From contig OX597823.1 in assembly GCA_951406725.2 (NCBI GenBank), forward strand, positions 16,244,001 to 16,308,000: DNA of 64,000 bases, written 5' to 3'. The notes below the pieces were generated by a model. The model did not search any database. It worked only from the letters and a program-made list of their open reading frames with translations, and was not told the DNA's origin. The translations under genes were made by a program, and so were the position numbers. Of the stretch, positions 62,686-64,000 are shown piece after piece (position 1 is the stretch's first letter; every line of letters begins with the position of its first letter). Source of the DNA: Octopus vulgaris. Its lineage: Eukaryota.

Positions 62686-63365
62686 AATAATAATAATAAT
62701 AATGAAATTATTGTATACAGTGCTCAGGTGTACCACAACTTGTCAGAAAGTGCATATAAAGTACATGCAGTAGTGTAGAAATGTCTGGGTGTATGGAGGG
62801 GAGAAAATCAAGTGTAGTGTTGGCGAATCTCAGGAAGCATGGAAGTCTTGAAGGAAGCAGTGCTCCGACAACTAACAACCGATGTCGGCAGTTTGTTCCA
62901 CACTTCAGCAACTCTCAGCGTGAAAAAATGTTTCCTGAAGTCATGGGAGCTGTGCTGTTTTCTTACTTTGTAAATATGTCCACGGGTGTTAGATGGGTGG
63001 AGTTTGAAGAGGTGCTCAGAGTTATTGTTTGTGCGATGGTTGATAATTTTATGGGTGTCTGCCAAGTCAGCTGCCAGACGTCGGAGTTTCAATGTGTCCA
63101 TGCCCAGGGAAGTAAGGTGTTCAGGATATGGCAAATGCATGATCGAGGGTATTCTTTTGGTTGCACATCGCTGAACAGCTTCCAGACGATTGATGTCCTG
63201 GGCAAGATAGGGGTTCCAGACCGGTGATGCAAATTCCAGGTGAGGTCTTACCATAGCTATATAAAGCCGCAGATAGATAGCCGGAGAGCGGCTCACAAAG
63301 GATTTGGTGAGTGATGCCAAGACACCCTCAGCCTTCTTGACAATTTTAGCGATGTGTTTTGTCCA
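62686..63365 (-). mobile_element. CR1 LINE 3' fragment (subfamily b)
   Basis: ORF 62808-63320 nearly identical to 31863-32417. Confidence 0.94.
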
Positions 63366-63519
63366 GGAGTGAAAGTTTTATAAACCAAGATGAAAAAGCA
63401 CAAAGGAAAAACAAACAGTGGGGAAGTTATTGGAATAATGTCAAGGAAAGCCTGGGTAGCTGAATTACACACGTCTTTTGTGTAGTTTTTAATAATATCT
63501 TGCTGAACTGATCAATAAT

Positions 63520-63909
63520 TACTCTTTTACTTGTTTCAGTCATTTGACTGCAGCCATGCTGGAGCACCGCCTTTAATCGAGCAACTTGACCCCAGGACTT
63601 ATTCTTTTGTAAGCCCAGTACTTATTCTATCGGTCTCTTTTGCCGAACCGCTAAGTAACGGGGACATAAACACACCAGCATTGGTTGTCAAGCAATGCTA
63701 GGATGACAGACACACACACATGCATATATATATATATACATATATACGACGGGCTTCTTTCAGTTTCCGTCTACCAAATCCACTCACAAGGATTTGGTCG
63801 GCTGAGGCTATAGTAGAAGACACTTACCCAAGATGCCATGCAGTGGGACTGAACCCGGAACCATGTGGTTGGTAAACCAGCTACTTACCACACAGCCACT
63901 CCTGCGCCT
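63520..63909 (-). mobile_element. SINE family A, full length
   Basis: Colinear with 46055-46474. Confidence 0.9.
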
Positions 63910-64000
63910 AATTGTTGAACATCATTCCACATGTTTTGAGGTATTTATTGTAGCTCTTTCCATTCTGATGGCAATAACACTGATGCCAGTCTTAATTGCC

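Overview
AT-rich, repeat-dense animal genomic DNA; the SINE/LINE repertoire suggests an octopus (coleoid cephalopod), which is an inference. The only host gene I can support is ARIH1/ariadne-1 (RBR E3 ubiquitin ligase) on the + strand. I assembled 13 GT-AG coding exons from 16818 to the TAA at 59929-59931 into one open frame of 1314 nt (437 aa + stop) covering the UBA-like, RING1, IBR, RING2 (catalytic GGCNHM) and Ariadne domains. I did not find the first, acidic N-terminal exon, which probably lies upstream of the window. The introns hold three tRNA-derived SINE families, many RTE-LINE 3'-end copies, RTE and CR1 relics, a dead mariner, piggyBac-, hAT- and mariner-type MITEs, and Helitron elements, often nested. 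The most notable observations are: (1) an 8-unit ~61-bp array of a structured-RNA-like module with an apparent cross-unit compensatory change; (2) an inverted repeat pair bracketing exactly the two exons whose skipping or back-splicing is frame-preserving and which carry the catalytic Cys; (3) antisense SINEs carrying ready-made cryptic exons; (4) a CR1 whose 3' tail matches the main SINE; (5) a 433-bp identical tract between two otherwise diverged CR1 copies; and (6) a ~165-bp-arm foldback. Almost all ORFs in the supplied track are spurious.
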